DNA of 64,000 nt from Bacteroidota bacterium (GCA_027484125.1 JAIXUI010000040.1:1426-65425); one strand, 5' to 3'; counted from the first letter of the stretch, positions 1 through 13,391 are shown. Notes: generated by a model from the letters alone, not told the origin. Program-made: numbers and translations.

Positions 1-532
1 GCATCACATGTTGCCCAACAATGTAGGAGGGTACAGGATTTTGTAATACTCCGGCTTTGATCATCAAGGATGCTCCGCCGGGAAGTCGTTCTTCTCCAGG
101 TTGAAACAACAACCGCAGGTCGCCTGCTAAATGCGCTCGCTCGGTATGAAGAATTTTTGCTGCGCCAAGCAAACAAGTGGTATGCACATCGTGGCCGCAA
201 GCGTGCATCACGCCTTCTCGCTTAGAACGATATGGCTTGTCGTGGTTGGCTTCTAAAATGGGAAGCGCATCCATGTCGGCCCTCAATGCTCGAAGTGGCC
301 CGGGTTTACCCCCACGAATGGTGGCTACGATGCCGGTTTCCGCTACGCCTGTTTCATGTTCTATCCCCCAGGAGGTCAAACATTGACTTACGAAAGCCAT
401 GGTTTCATGCTCCTGAAAGGAAAGTTCAGGGTGTGCGTGAATATGACGACGAAGCTGAACTAACTCCGGTTGAAGGGCTAGCGCCTGTTGCTGTACCCGC
501 TCAAGGACGGACGCTCTTGCTGCTATCGACAT
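1..532 (-). CDS. M20 family amidohydrolase/peptidase, N-terminal part (runs off window start)
   Basis: Not in ORF track. Hand translation from ATG at 532: MSIAARASVLERVQQQALALQPELVQLRRHIHAHPELSFQEHET...ALRADMDALPI...GVMHACGHDVH...LFQPGEE; RADMDALP, MHACGHD and FQPxEE are M20D motifs. Confidence 0.9.
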   Translation of the reverse strand, partial: MSIAARASVLERVQQQALALQPELVQLRRHIHAHPELSFQEHETMAFVSQCLTSWGIEHETGVAETGIVATIRGGKPGPLRALRADMDALPILEANHDKPYRSKREGVMHACGHDVHTTCLLGAAKILHTERAHLAGDLRLLFQPGEERLPGGASLMIKAGVLQNPVPSYIVGQHVM

Positions 533-938
533 TGGCGTTGCCTTCTGGATTAATGAGAATATTGTCGGGAACGATAAAAGCTGCTTTGTAAGTTTTCTGC
601 AGGTCTGTAAGCCATTCTCTGGCCTCTTCTCTTGTTAGAAAATCGCCCACACGTACACGGAATGTTGGTTGTTTATAAATCAGATAAACGCGGGTATCGG
701 GGTAAAGCGATAGAATTTCAGTTCTGATTTTCATGGCTTGTGCCCGCTGATTTCCTGAAAAAACTTGAATGCGAAACCCTTTACGGGTGCTGTTTTTCAT
801 CCGATCCCGATACTTCTGAATCAATTGCTGGCGCTTAATTACGCTTGAATCAACTGAAGCAGTGTCCGGAATTGCTTCCTGTGCATACAAGGAATGGCTC
901 ACCAAGGATAACAAAAAGAAAAACAGCAGCTTTTTCAT
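501..938 (-). CDS. SPOR-domain (peptidoglycan-binding) exported protein
   Basis: Signal peptide; GFRIQVFSG...FRVRVGDF..REEA...AFIV pattern. Confidence 0.85.
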   Translation of the reverse strand: MKKLLFFFLLSLVSHSLYAQEAIPDTASVDSSVIKRQQLIQKYRDRMKNSTRKGFRIQVFSGNQRAQAMKIRTEILSLYPDTRVYLIYKQPTFRVRVGDFLTREEAREWLTDLQKTYKAAFIVPDNILINPEGNANVDSSKSVRP

Positions 939-1578
939 AGTTCAAGTATAGCAAATGCTGCGGAAGTACCAAGTCGGTCGGCACCTGCATCTATCAGATT
1001 ATGAGCCTGTTGACGAGTTTTTATTCCGCCTGAAGCTTTGATTTTAATTTCAGGGGGAAGCAGTTTTCGCATAGCGCGTACTACTTCCGGTGTCGCACCA
1101 CCGGCATGTCCGGTGGAGGTTTTCACAAAGTCAACGCCGGTTTGCGCACACAACGCACACAGTTTTTCCAATTGATCACCCTGAAGTAAGGCTGTTTCTA
1201 GAATAATCTTGATTTGCTTGCCATGCAAATGGGTGATTTGCGTCATGCTGTCGATTTCGTTACGGAGGTAAATGAAATCATTCTCTGCCAGAGCAGATAA
1301 GTTGATAACCGCATCTACTTCGGAAGCTCCATCGTCCACTACCTTTTTAATTTCATCCACTTTAGCGAAGGTGGCAGCAAATCCAAAAGGAAAACCTATC
1401 ACGGTACTGACTTTCAGCCTTCTTCCATCCAAATGCTTCATGGCATTTTTCACGAAGTAAGGTGGAATGCACACACTGGCGAATCCATGCTCCAAGGCTT
1501 CATCGCACATTCTGCGAACATCTTCTTTCCTAACTGAGGTACTGAGTGCAGTGTGATCGATGTAGGATGCTATCTCCA

Positions 1579-1579
<1 letters not shown>
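935..1579 (-). CDS. deoC: Deoxyribose-phosphate aldolase
   Basis: IDHTAL, VIGFPFG, EVDAVIN, KIILET, FVKTSTG, IKASGGI, RLGTS motifs. Confidence 0.97.
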
Positions 1580-4911
<3,332 letters not shown>

Positions 4912-5009
4912 AAAAACTGGAGGCGAAAATAGCCATTAATTCGCTCTCCTTGGCCAAGTTTCAGGCCACAGATGTAGTTCTGTCAGGGTTGACAGAAAGA
5001 AACTTTAAC

Positions 5010-5879
5010 TTAAATATGCCGCTCGGCGTGGTAAGAAGAACGAACCAACGGTCCACTTTCTACGTATTTGAAGCCTTTTTCGAGTCCGATTTTCTTATAG
5101 AAAGCGAATTCATCAGGGGTGATGAAGCGGTCAACTTCAAGGTGAAGTTTGGTGGGCTGAAGGTATTGACCTAAGGTTAGAACGTCGAGGCCGTGGGCCA
5201 GAAGGTCGTCCATAGCTTCAAGCACTTCGTCTTGGGTTTCACCTAATCCGAGCATGATACCGGATTTGGTTCGAAGGCCCATGTTTTTAATGCGCTGTAT
5301 TTGCTCCAGACTTCGCTCATATCGGGCTTGAGGACGCACTTTTCGGTAAAGGCGTTTAACGGTTTCCATGTTATGAGAAATCACTTCCGGGCGCTCCCGG
5401 CAAATCATTTCCAACGCTTCCCAGTCGCCTTTTACATCAGGAATCAAGGTTTCGATGGTCGTGGTTGGGCTTAGTCTTTTCACCTCGCGAATGGTGGCAG
5501 CCCACACGGAGGCACCTTTATCTTTGAGTTCATCGCGGTTTACCGAGGTAATCACGCAATGTTTCACTCCCATGAGCTTTACCGCTTCAGCCACTCGGAA
5601 AGGCTCGTCGAGGTCAAGTTCTGTTGGACGGCCGGTAGCTACTGCACAGAAAGAGCAACCACGGGTACAAACATTTCCAAGGATCATGAATGTAGCCGTT
5701 CCAGCGCCCCAGCATTCGCCCATGTTCGGACAATTTCCGCTTTCACAAATGGTGTGAAGCTTATGATCGTCCACAATTTTGCGAACGTTGAGGTATTCTT
5801 TTCCTGTTGGGAGCTTAACGCGTAGCCATTCCGGCTTTTTGCGGCGAACTTCAGTGTTGGGAGTGGTGAGGTCTTGCAT
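5010..5879 (-). CDS. lipA: Lipoyl synthase
   Basis: [12 protein letters not shown], radical [11 protein letters not shown] and C-terminal VRSSYHA. Confidence 0.98.
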   Translation of the reverse strand: MQDLTTPNTEVRRKKPEWLRVKLPTGKEYLNVRKIVDDHKLHTICESGNCPNMGECWGAGTATFMILGNVCTRGCSFCAVATGRPTELDLDEPFRVAEAVKLMGVKHCVITSVNRDELKDKGASVWAATIREVKRLSPTTTIETLIPDVKGDWEALEMICRERPEVISHNMETVKRLYRKVRPQARYERSLEQIQRIKNMGLRTKSGIMLGLGETQDEVLEAMDDLLAHGLDVLTLGQYLQPTKLHLEVDRFITPDEFAFYKKIGLEKGFKYVESGPLVRSSYHAERHI

Positions 5880-5885
5880 GATTAA

Positions 5886-6632
5886 TTACCAACGGCCGCC
5901 AAATTGCAGGCCTACATAAAACGACACAAATATCGAACTGTTTGACTCTATTGCCATGATTTCTACCGGCTTTGCGTAAGCATCTACGGTTACGCCACAT
6001 TCCAAATAGCGGATATCATCGTTAAAAGAAGCAAAATCGAAGATTAAACCGGTTTTCAAATAGGCTCCGGGCTGAAGATAAATTTGGTTAAGTCCGTTCG
6101 AAAAGTCGGAGGCCCCATAAATTTGTCCGGTAAAGAATTTGTCGAAGGTAGCGCGCTCAGACCTCACTTCTGCTCCCGGATCTCCCGGATTGGCATAGAT
6201 AAAGTCGAGATATACCGGCTTTAACAGACCCACTGACAGCCCTCCGGAGTAATTCCACCTTACTTCAACACCGTTCTTCTCAGAACGATCGTAGATGGTG
6301 CGAATTTGTCCGCCTCCAAGCCGAATGTTGAAATAGTCGTTGAGTTTTCCGAATACAAACGGTCGGGAGTTGATGTAGGCAGTGTTCGGGTTACGAAATT
6401 CTTTCGGATGCTTGTTTCTGGAGAAATCAAACTCCATCAACCAGTCGGTGTCACCGTTTTTGTTGAGTAAGTAACGCGCTCCCACGTACCAGCCGGTGTT
6501 GTGTATGCCTATTCCACCTGCAATGCCCTGTGGAAGCAGGGTCTCTGCTTCTGTAGATTCAATCTCCAGCTGCGCTTGTGCGTTTCCGGTGAAGATGACC
6601 AGCAGTAGAAGTGCTAAAAAGGCGCGTTTCAT
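5886..6632 (-). CDS. Exported hypothetical protein, probable outer-membrane beta-barrel
   Basis: Start moved to ATG 6632 (MKRAFLALLLL signal peptide, preceded by a TATCTTCA -7-like box); alternating beta-strand patterns and C-terminal YVGLQFGGRW. Confidence 0.6.
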   Translation of the reverse strand: MKRAFLALLLLVIFTGNAQAQLEIESTEAETLLPQGIAGGIGIHNTGWYVGARYLLNKNGDTDWLMEFDFSRNKHPKEFRNPNTAYINSRPFVFGKLNDYFNIRLGGGQIRTIYDRSEKNGVEVRWNYSGGLSVGLLKPVYLDFIYANPGDPGAEVRSERATFDKFFTGQIYGASDFSNGLNQIYLQPGAYLKTGLIFDFASFNDDIRYLECGVTVDAYAKPVEIMAIESNSSIFVSFYVGLQFGGRW

Positions 6633-7049
6633 TCTCGGGTGAAAGATACAAAACAACGCGGCTTACTTCGAGTTTAGTCCTAAGCCTGTCTTTTTCCAAG
6701 AAGTTAATGTTTAATGGAGGGTAAGTTGTTTTAATAGAAGCTGAATGGCCTCTAAATCATGCTCCACCCGGTCTTTTGATGTGGGAATATCCATAAATTT
6801 TCACAAGACTTTGTTCAACAGAAAGAGAGGCAAAATCTTTTACTTTCCCTTTCTCTACTAGATCAACTTTTCTATGGATTCTTTGTCCAATCGCACGGGC
6901 TATCTCCACCAAATCAAAAAGTGAATACTGCCTATCGCTATTGTTGCTATCTTATTTTCAAGGCCTTGTTTCGCCAAGTTCTGTCATGATTTGTCGCAAT
7001 TGTTGATTATTCAAGCACAAAAACAAAATCTCGTACTGTATTTTTCGGC
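6633..7049. other. Divergent intergenic region at an apparent strand-composition switch; candidate replication origin (or terminus)
   Basis: Cluster of degenerate DnaA-box-like 9-mers (none perfect) and a CTA/TTG trio-like run at 6932-6949; codon bias of minus-strand genes differs on either side. Confidence 0.35.
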
Positions 7050-8726
7050 ATGAAGTGGCGGCTAATCATCATACTCCTTACTTGTTTAAATCAAGTAAAC
7101 GCGCAAAACCCAACCTGGAATTCGAACCAAAGTCCTGATTACGCTCAGCTACAGCGCTTTTACCAAGATTTAGCCCGCAAATTCCCTCACAGCGTAAAAC
7201 TGGAATCGTTTGGCGAAACGGATGCTGGCTTGCCGCTAACCCTGATACACCTTCGCTCCGGCAAGCCCAACCCTTTGCGCATGCTGGTGCTCAACGGCAT
7301 TCATCCGGGCGAGCCGGAAGGCATCGATGCCTGTACACACTGGGCCAAACAGCTGGCCAAGGACCGTCAATTTCCAGCATTGGGCATCGACGTTTGCATA
7401 GTGGCCGTGTACAACGTAGAAGGCATGTTGAATCGAAATTCGTTTTCCAGAGCCAATCAAAATGGTCCTGAAGCGTATGGTTTTCGTGGAAACGGGCAAA
7501 ATCTTGATTTGAATCGAGACATGATTAAAGCCGACAGCCGCAATGCGAGGACCCTTGCCCGGCTGTTTCATCGGTTTAATCCTGACATCTTCATCGACAC
7601 TCACACCAGCAATGGCGCGGACTACCCAGCCGTGATGACTTTAATTGCCACACAACGCGATAAACTAGGAGGTGAATTAGCCAAAATCCTGCATGACCAA
7701 CTCGTGCCCGAGTTGTATCGCCAATTCCCTGAGATGGTTCCTTACGTTAATTCCGTGAAAGAGGTCCCAGATTCCGGCATCACGGCTTTTCTTGAAACAC
7801 CTCGTTTTACCACTGGTTATGCAGCGTTAAGAGGAACCATTGGCTTTGTTACTGAAACCCACATGCTCAAACCTTATCCTCAACGGGTAAAAGCTCAACA
7901 CGCCTTCTTAGACGCTTTACTCAAGATGCTGCCCTCTAAAAAAGTTGCCATACAACAAGCCCGAAAAGCAGATTCTTGGGCCAATAATCGGCCAGCACAA
8001 GAGGTTTTAGTCTGGAAAGAAGACCTTCAGCGTAAAGACAGCCTACAATTCAATGGCTATGAAGCCATTTACGAACTCAGTCAAATTGGCGAATACCGCC
8101 GCTTGAAATACCATCGGGACAAACCTTGGAAGCGCTTCATTCCCTGGTATCCGCATGCAATTGGAACAGTTTCCGCCAAAGTTCCACAAGCTTATGTAGT
8201 ACCAAGAGCGTGGGAAAAAGTACGAACAAGGCTCATCGACCATGGGATAAGCTATCGGGAAGTAAAAAAAGACAGCCTGACAAAGCTGAACTTCTACCGA
8301 ATCCAGGATTATCAAACAGGTACTCGACCTTACGAAGGGCATTATCTGCATCGCGACGTGAAGGTTTCCGACACCACGATCACCTATCAACTACAGCCCG
8401 GTGACTGGATAATTCCGGTGCAACAGCCTCTGGGAAGACTAGCCATGCATTTATTAGAGCCACAAGCAACGGATAGCTATTTCAACTGGAACTTCTTCGA
8501 CGGCATCCTTCAGCAAAAAGAGTATTTTTCTGACTACGTCTTTGAAGATAGAGCTTTAGAGCTACTCAACACCGATGCAGGCTTGAAAAAGCGCTTTGAA
8601 GACGCCTTTCCTCCAGGAAGCGAAAAACGGAAAGATGGAGCTGCCTTGTTGATGTGGATTTACCGAAACAGTCCCCATTATGAATCCTCTCACATGCGGT
8701 ATCCAGTAGGAAGGCTGATGGATTGA
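7050..8726 (+). CDS. M14 family zinc carboxypeptidase-like exported protein
   Basis: Signal peptide; GIHPGEPEG (HxxE), NLDLNRD, FIDTHTSNG, ETH motifs. Confidence 0.88.
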   Translation: MKWRLIIILLTCLNQVNAQNPTWNSNQSPDYAQLQRFYQDLARKFPHSVKLESFGETDAGLPLTLIHLRSGKPNPLRMLVLNGIHPGEPEGIDACTHWAKQLAKDRQFPALGIDVCIVAVYNVEGMLNRNSFSRANQNGPEAYGFRGNGQNLDLNRDMIKADSRNARTLARLFHRFNPDIFIDTHTSNGADYPAVMTLIATQRDKLGGELAKILHDQLVPELYRQFPEMVPYVNSVKEVPDSGITAFLETPRFTTGYAALRGTIGFVTETHMLKPYPQRVKAQHAFLDALLKMLPSKKVAIQQARKADSWANNRPAQEVLVWKEDLQRKDSLQFNGYEAIYELSQIGEYRRLKYHRDKPWKRFIPWYPHAIGTVSAKVPQAYVVPRAWEKVRTRLIDHGISYREVKKDSLTKLNFYRIQDYQTGTRPYEGHYLHRDVKVSDTTITYQLQPGDWIIPVQQPLGRLAMHLLEPQATDSYFNWNFFDGILQQKEYFSDYVFEDRALELLNTDAGLKKRFEDAFPPGSEKRKDGAALLMWIYRNSPHYESSHMRYPVGRLMD

Positions 8727-8759
8727 GACAGTTCTCTCCCACTCAATCCGAGCACTCCA

Positions 8760-9236
8760 CTATTTAGCGGGAGTGGCATCCGATCCGGTATGATCGGCTA
8801 CAATCACCCATTGACCTCTTATTTTTTCGAACAACAGCGTAAACCAACCGCCTTGGGTCTTATCATGACTAGTTAGTTCCCAGCGGCCCATTACCCAGGC
8901 ATTGCGCTTGGAAAGTACACGTACATCCAACTTTTCAAACTTAAGTTTTCCCATAGCGGCAGCATCAGGATAAGATTTACGGTAGTTGCTCATCACAGGT
9001 TCCCAACCATAAGATGGGCCACGCTTTCCAATAAAAACCAGGGAGTCATTTCTCCAATAACCCGCCATAAATCCTTCTAAATTACCTTCATTCCAGGCTT
9101 TTTGCTGGGTAGCCATCACTTGCAAAACCGCTCGGGCATCTTTGAAAGTAGCCTCAGATTTCTGTGCAAAAGCAGGCGTTAACATGCTGATTAATAAGAG
9201 CATAAGCAGCATCGGTACAAGTTTTAACCGTTTCAT
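8760..9236 (-). CDS. SnoaL/NTF2-like (DUF4440/YybH-type) exported protein
   Basis: QQKAWNEGNLEGFMAGYW...YRKSYPD...MGKLKF...GWFTLLF..I.GQWVIVADHT pattern. Confidence 0.85.
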   Translation of the reverse strand: MKRLKLVPMLLMLLLISMLTPAFAQKSEATFKDARAVLQVMATQQKAWNEGNLEGFMAGYWRNDSLVFIGKRGPSYGWEPVMSNYRKSYPDAAAMGKLKFEKLDVRVLSKRNAWVMGRWELTSHDKTQGGWFTLLFEKIRGQWVIVADHTGSDATPAK

Positions 9237-9308
9237 AATGCAAGTTAAGGCTTGAACTTTAAGAATAATTCCTCAAATTTGTGGGCTCAATTAATCAACC
9301 GACCGCTG

Positions 9309-9884
9309 ATGCGTAAAATTCTGTTTGTATTTGCTTTCTTACTTCTTGGCTTGGGTAGCACTCAAGCGCAGGTGGTTTGGGGCGGTTCCGCAGAAGGTGC
9401 TACATCATCTGCCCCCGTTTACTACGACACCGTTTACATTCACAAACAGGCACGTAAATATGGGCTGGATCCGGTTAAAATCAAGAAACCAGCCATTTAT
9501 CAAGCTTTCACCGAATGGATTGGTATGCCATACCGTTTAGGTGGAAATAACATCTTCGGCATCGATTGTTCAAGATTCGTAGCCTTAATCTATGAACAGG
9601 CTTTCAACGTGAAAATTACGGGCTCTTCTCGTGATTTGTTCCGTAAAGTGGTACCGGTTTCCGTTACAGATCTTCAAGAAGGAGATTTGTTGTTTTTTGC
9701 AAGGAAAGGCGGCATTTTCCATGTGGGCATGTATTTATCGGATGGAAAGTTTATTCATGCTTCCACTTCTGAAGGAGTTAAAATCTCTGACCTGAAAGAG
9801 CCTTATTACAAGCGTTACTTCTATCGTGCAGGTCGTTTCCTTGGTTTGAGCGATGATCCTGCCACAGAAAATGAACCTCGGTAA
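9309..9884 (+). CDS. NlpC/P60 family peptidoglycan endopeptidase
   Basis: WIGMPYRLGG..GIDCS, GDLLFF, HVGMY, FIHAS (Cys-His-His). Start moved to ATG 9309 (MRKILF signal peptide). Confidence 0.93.
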   Translation: MRKILFVFAFLLLGLGSTQAQVVWGGSAEGATSSAPVYYDTVYIHKQARKYGLDPVKIKKPAIYQAFTEWIGMPYRLGGNNIFGIDCSRFVALIYEQAFNVKITGSSRDLFRKVVPVSVTDLQEGDLLFFARKGGIFHVGMYLSDGKFIHASTSEGVKISDLKEPYYKRYFYRAGRFLGLSDDPATENEPR

Positions 9885-9911
9885 ACCGTCTTCAACTCCA
9901 AACAAACTTTC

Positions 9912-9941
9912 AAGCCATTCAATCTTTTGAATGGCTTTTTT
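9912..9941 (+). terminator. Intrinsic terminator after NlpC/P60 gene
   Basis: AAGCCATTCAA...TTGAATGGCTT hairpin running into a T tract. Confidence 0.8.
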
Positions 9942-10053
9942 CATGTCATTAGTGGGAGAAGCAAACTGAAAAACTCAAGCGTGAGGCTCTTTAGGCTTCA
10001 GTTTGAAAGTGATGGTAACCAATTTAACCCTCATTGGAAGTACATGCTAACAC

Positions 10054-10081
10054 AAAAAAAAGGGCCGCAAAATGCGACCCT
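10054..10081 (-). terminator. Intrinsic terminator after nrdB
   Basis: Minus-strand AGGGUCGCA-UUU-UGCGGCCCU followed by a U run. Confidence 0.8.
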
Positions 10082-10134
10082 GTTACAAGTACCGGACACT
10101 TTCGAACCGACCCTTGGGTTCCGGCACCTGTATA

Positions 10135-11115
10135 TCAGAAATCCTCGTCGAAGGAAATTTTTGCAGCAGTAGCAGTAGCAGTTTGACCAACACCGGCTTT
10201 ACGGTATTCACTTACTCGTTTCTCGAAGAAGTTGGTCTTACCCGGCATTGAAATCATTTCCATAAAATCGAAGGGGTTAGTGCTGTTATAGATTTTACCT
10301 ATTCCTAAAGAAGTGAGCAGACGATCGGCTACAAACTCGATGTACTGTTTCATCAGGTCAGCGTTCATACCTATAAGTCGAACAGGAAGCGCATCTGAGA
10401 TAAATTCTTTTTCGATTTCCACTGCATCAGCGATGATGGCTTTCACGGTTTCTTCAGGAAGCTTATTCACCAAATCCTTATAAAGGAGACAAGCGAAATC
10501 GCAGTGCAAGCCTTCATCGCGGGAAATCAGCTCATTAGAGAAGCTAAGACCTGGCATTAGGCCACGTTTTTTAAGCCAAAAAATGGAGCAAAAAGAGCCT
10601 GAGAAAAAGATGCCTTCCACCGCAGCAAAAGCGATGAGTCTTTCTGCAAAGCTGCCTTTACTAATCCAGCGAAGTGCCCAATCAGCTTTCTTTGAAACGC
10701 AATCCAGGTTCTGGATGGCATGAAAAAGGTAATCTTTCTCTGCTGGATCTTTGATGTAGGTATCTATTAAGAGGGAGTAGGTTTCAGAGTGAATATTTTC
10801 AATCATGATTTGAAACCCGTAGAAACAGCGCGCTTCCGGGTACTGAACTTCGTTAAGGAAGTTGATGGCCAGGTTTTCGTTTACGATGCCATCAGAGGCA
10901 GCGAAGAACGCCAAAACATGCTTGACGAAATGCTTCTCATCATCATTGAGGCGATTTTCCCAGTCATTGAGATCTTGCATTAAATCAATTTCTTCTGCGG
11001 TCCAAAAGCTAGCTTCAGCTTTCTTGTACATCTGCCAGATTTCATTGTGGCGGATTGGAAACAGGACAAATCGGTCTGCATTCTCTTGCAGAATAGGTTC
11101 AGATATCGCGCTCAT
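10135..11115 (-). CDS. nrdB: Class Ia ribonucleotide reductase small (R2/beta) subunit, eukaryote-like subtype
   Basis: [63 protein letters not shown]-terminal ISFDEDF. Confidence 0.97.
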   Translation of the reverse strand: MSAISEPILQENADRFVLFPIRHNEIWQMYKKAEASFWTAEEIDLMQDLNDWENRLNDDEKHFVKHVLAFFAASDGIVNENLAINFLNEVQYPEARCFYGFQIMIENIHSETYSLLIDTYIKDPAEKDYLFHAIQNLDCVSKKADWALRWISKGSFAERLIAFAAVEGIFFSGSFCSIFWLKKRGLMPGLSFSNELISRDEGLHCDFACLLYKDLVNKLPEETVKAIIADAVEIEKEFISDALPVRLIGMNADLMKQYIEFVADRLLTSLGIGKIYNSTNPFDFMEMISMPGKTNFFEKRVSEYRKAGVGQTATATAAKISFDEDF

Positions 11116-11163
11116 TGGAGGGTGGGGGTTAACGTCACAAAAATGGGCGCTATAAACGACAGG

Positions 11164-11172
11164 TTATCCACA
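11164..11172 (+). promoter_or_regulatory. Perfect DnaA box upstream of nrdB
   Basis: TTATCCACA in the 95-nt intergenic gap, about 20 nt upstream of a -7-like box (minus CATTTTTG, 11138-11145). Confidence 0.5.
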
Positions 11173-11210
11173 TCCGCCACCCAGTTTTAAACATAACCTA
11201 CCCCAACCCC

Positions 11211-13274
11211 TTAGTCTTCCGCGCTTAAAGTCAATAAATACTGCTGGAGATCCTGCTCCTTGCTGATATTCAATCGTTTACGAATCCTTGAGCGCAACTT
11301 TTCTATGTACATCTGGCTTTTTTCCAGTTTATCGGCAATCTCCTTATTGGTAAAGCCTTCCCTAACTAAACGAGTTATATCACGTTCAGTTTCACTCATT
11401 TCAAGCCAAACAGGGCCAAGTAATTCAATCCAGCTTTGGCCTTCTTTGTTTCGAATTTCGACTTGCTTAAGTTGCGATTCGTTTTGATTCAGCACTACCA
11501 ACAGATTCCTTATCTGTTGCTCTTTGTTACGAATTTTGTTTTTTACATCGCCATTCTGATCATCCAACATCAAGCTTACTTCATCAAGGGTAGCTAAACA
11601 GTCGCGGATATACTGTTTAAACTCCAAGACATATTCCACACGATTTTCGGACAAGCCTGTTTCACGTTGTTTCATCGCCACGCGATCAGATAAAAAGCGG
11701 TTCTTTAATTCAAGATTTTCCGCCTTTTGACGTTCCAGCTGGCCTTCAAGTGCCAAACTGCGCTGCCTTCTTTTAGAAAGCTGGAAGAGAAACGCCAAGT
11801 TGAGTAATATGAGCACGGAAGCTATTACAATCCAAAGCACCACATTATTTAGAAAATTTACCTTGGCTTGTGCTTCATTCACATGCACCCTAAGAGAAGA
11901 GAGTGAGTCCAAAAATAACCGCTCTTTATTCTGAAGGTTGTATTCAGAATTCAGAATGCTCAATTTCTCATTAGCCGTCTGGCTGTTATATGCAATAATA
12001 CTGTCAGACCAAGCAAGTGCATCCTTTACTCGATTTTCATCCTTGGCTAACAAAAGTGCAACCTCAGAAGACATGGCATTGTACCTAAGATTACCGGGTT
12101 TAATCATCTGCCGTTCCCATGCTTTGCGAAACATGGCTGACATTGCCCAAACTTTAAACTTCTTTCTAAATTTAAAATGCGCCCTGAGGTAATCAGCTTG
12201 CATCAATTCGTTACCATTCACCAAAAGCTCTTCAATCTTAGCTAGCCACTGACGGGCAGAAGGTTCATCTCCAAATAAGGTGTAGGCTTCACTCAAGCTA
12301 AAGATTACTTCACGTTGATATCCTGTCCAGTAGGGTTTCAACGACATGATTTTGCTCACCGCTTGTTTAAGAGAATCAATTCTGTTCAAGCGAATCAAGA
12401 GAAACGCCTTGTTTAGGTTAATCAATAAAAGTTGCTCAGCTTTTCCTGAATACTCCAACTTTTCTACACGCTTTTCTAGGTTCTCGAAGTGAATAATGGC
12501 CGCTTCATTCTCTTCAAGCGACATTAGAACCGCACCGATGTTGTTTTCTACCAGCAATTTCCAGCTAAAAGCAGGTGGATAGCGGCTAATTAAGTTCTCA
12601 GCTATTTTAAAAAAACTAAGCGCCATGTTGTTGTAGCCTTGGCTATTCTGGCAGCTTCCTATGTTTATATAACTTTTTATCAGGCCGGCAGAATCTTTTA
12701 TACTCTCCTGAATCGGCACGTTTTGTAAAAACAGCGCTGAAGCTTTATCAAAATCTCCTTTACCAAACCAATAACTTCCCTCAAGATTTCGAACATCAGC
12801 CCCTTCTTTTAATAGGTCATGTTCGGAACAATAGCTGTAAACCTTCTTTAAGCGAGTGAAGAATTCCGACTCTGGGAGTTTTACATAAGCATAATCTGCT
12901 TTAAAGAGGAGAAGCTTTGCGCGTATGGAGGGTCTAACACTTAAGTTAACATTTTGGTCAATTTCATCAAATGCTAAGTCAGTGCTTTTATGCTCCAAGT
13001 TATGAATGGCATTGAGCCAACGCTCCAAAAAAGGTGCTTCATCGGGGGTTAAATCTGCCCCAACTGTACGAATGAAAGTTCGATTCCAAGCTAAAAGCGG
13101 AATATTGGAAGAAGAAGCCCCGTTCTCGATTTGCGCTACAAGTTTTCGTAATTTGAGGGTATCCTGTGCGAATGAATAATTTGGAATCCCTAGCAGCAGA
13201 CAAGTCATCAATCCGGATACCGCGATACCAGATAAATTGAATGCAGCCGTGTATAAACGTGTAAACTTGGTCAT
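11211..13274 (-). CDS. Membrane-anchored TPR sensor with C-terminal LuxR-type HTH (one-component regulator)
   Basis: Start probably ATG 13274. N-terminal hydrophobic segment, TPR-like helices (SYINIGSCQ..QG, NNIGAV), TM at VVLWIVIASVLILLNLAFL, coiled coil, then MSETERDITRLVREGFTNKEIADKL...RSRIRKRL. Confidence 0.8.
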   Translation of the reverse strand: MTKFTRLYTAAFNLSGIAVSGLMTCLLLGIPNYSFAQDTLKLRKLVAQIENGASSSNIPLLAWNRTFIRTVGADLTPDEAPFLERWLNAIHNLEHKSTDLAFDEIDQNVNLSVRPSIRAKLLLFKADYAYVKLPESEFFTRLKKVYSYCSEHDLLKEGADVRNLEGSYWFGKGDFDKASALFLQNVPIQESIKDSAGLIKSYINIGSCQNSQGYNNMALSFFKIAENLISRYPPAFSWKLLVENNIGAVLMSLEENEAAIIHFENLEKRVEKLEYSGKAEQLLLINLNKAFLLIRLNRIDSLKQAVSKIMSLKPYWTGYQREVIFSLSEAYTLFGDEPSARQWLAKIEELLVNGNELMQADYLRAHFKFRKKFKVWAMSAMFRKAWERQMIKPGNLRYNAMSSEVALLLAKDENRVKDALAWSDSIIAYNSQTANEKLSILNSEYNLQNKERLFLDSLSSLRVHVNEAQAKVNFLNNVVLWIVIASVLILLNLAFLFQLSKRRQRSLALEGQLERQKAENLELKNRFLSDRVAMKQRETGLSENRVEYVLEFKQYIRDCLATLDEVSLMLDDQNGDVKNKIRNKEQQIRNLLVVLNQNESQLKQVEIRNKEGQSWIELLGPVWLEMSETERDITRLVREGFTNKEIADKLEKSQMYIEKLRSRIRKRLNISKEQDLQQYLLTLSAED

Positions 13275-13391
13275 GTTCAGTGTGTCGGGAAGTAGGATTT
13301 CAAGACTTCGGATTAAAGAAAAGGAAAAAGCAGGGGGATACAAACCCTCCATGGAAGAAGTACCTACGGCCGCATACGGTAAGTCGTCGTT

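Noticed and set aside
6657..7049. dif site at the skew switch
   Set aside because: The nearest similarity (AAGTTAATGTTTAAT) lacks the 11-6-11 ATAA/TTAT architecture of XerC/XerD sites.
10163..10183. GCAGTA-type short tandem repeat
   Set aside because: Encodes the flexible TATATAA linker before the nrdB C-terminal peptide; in-frame and too short for a phase-variation locus.
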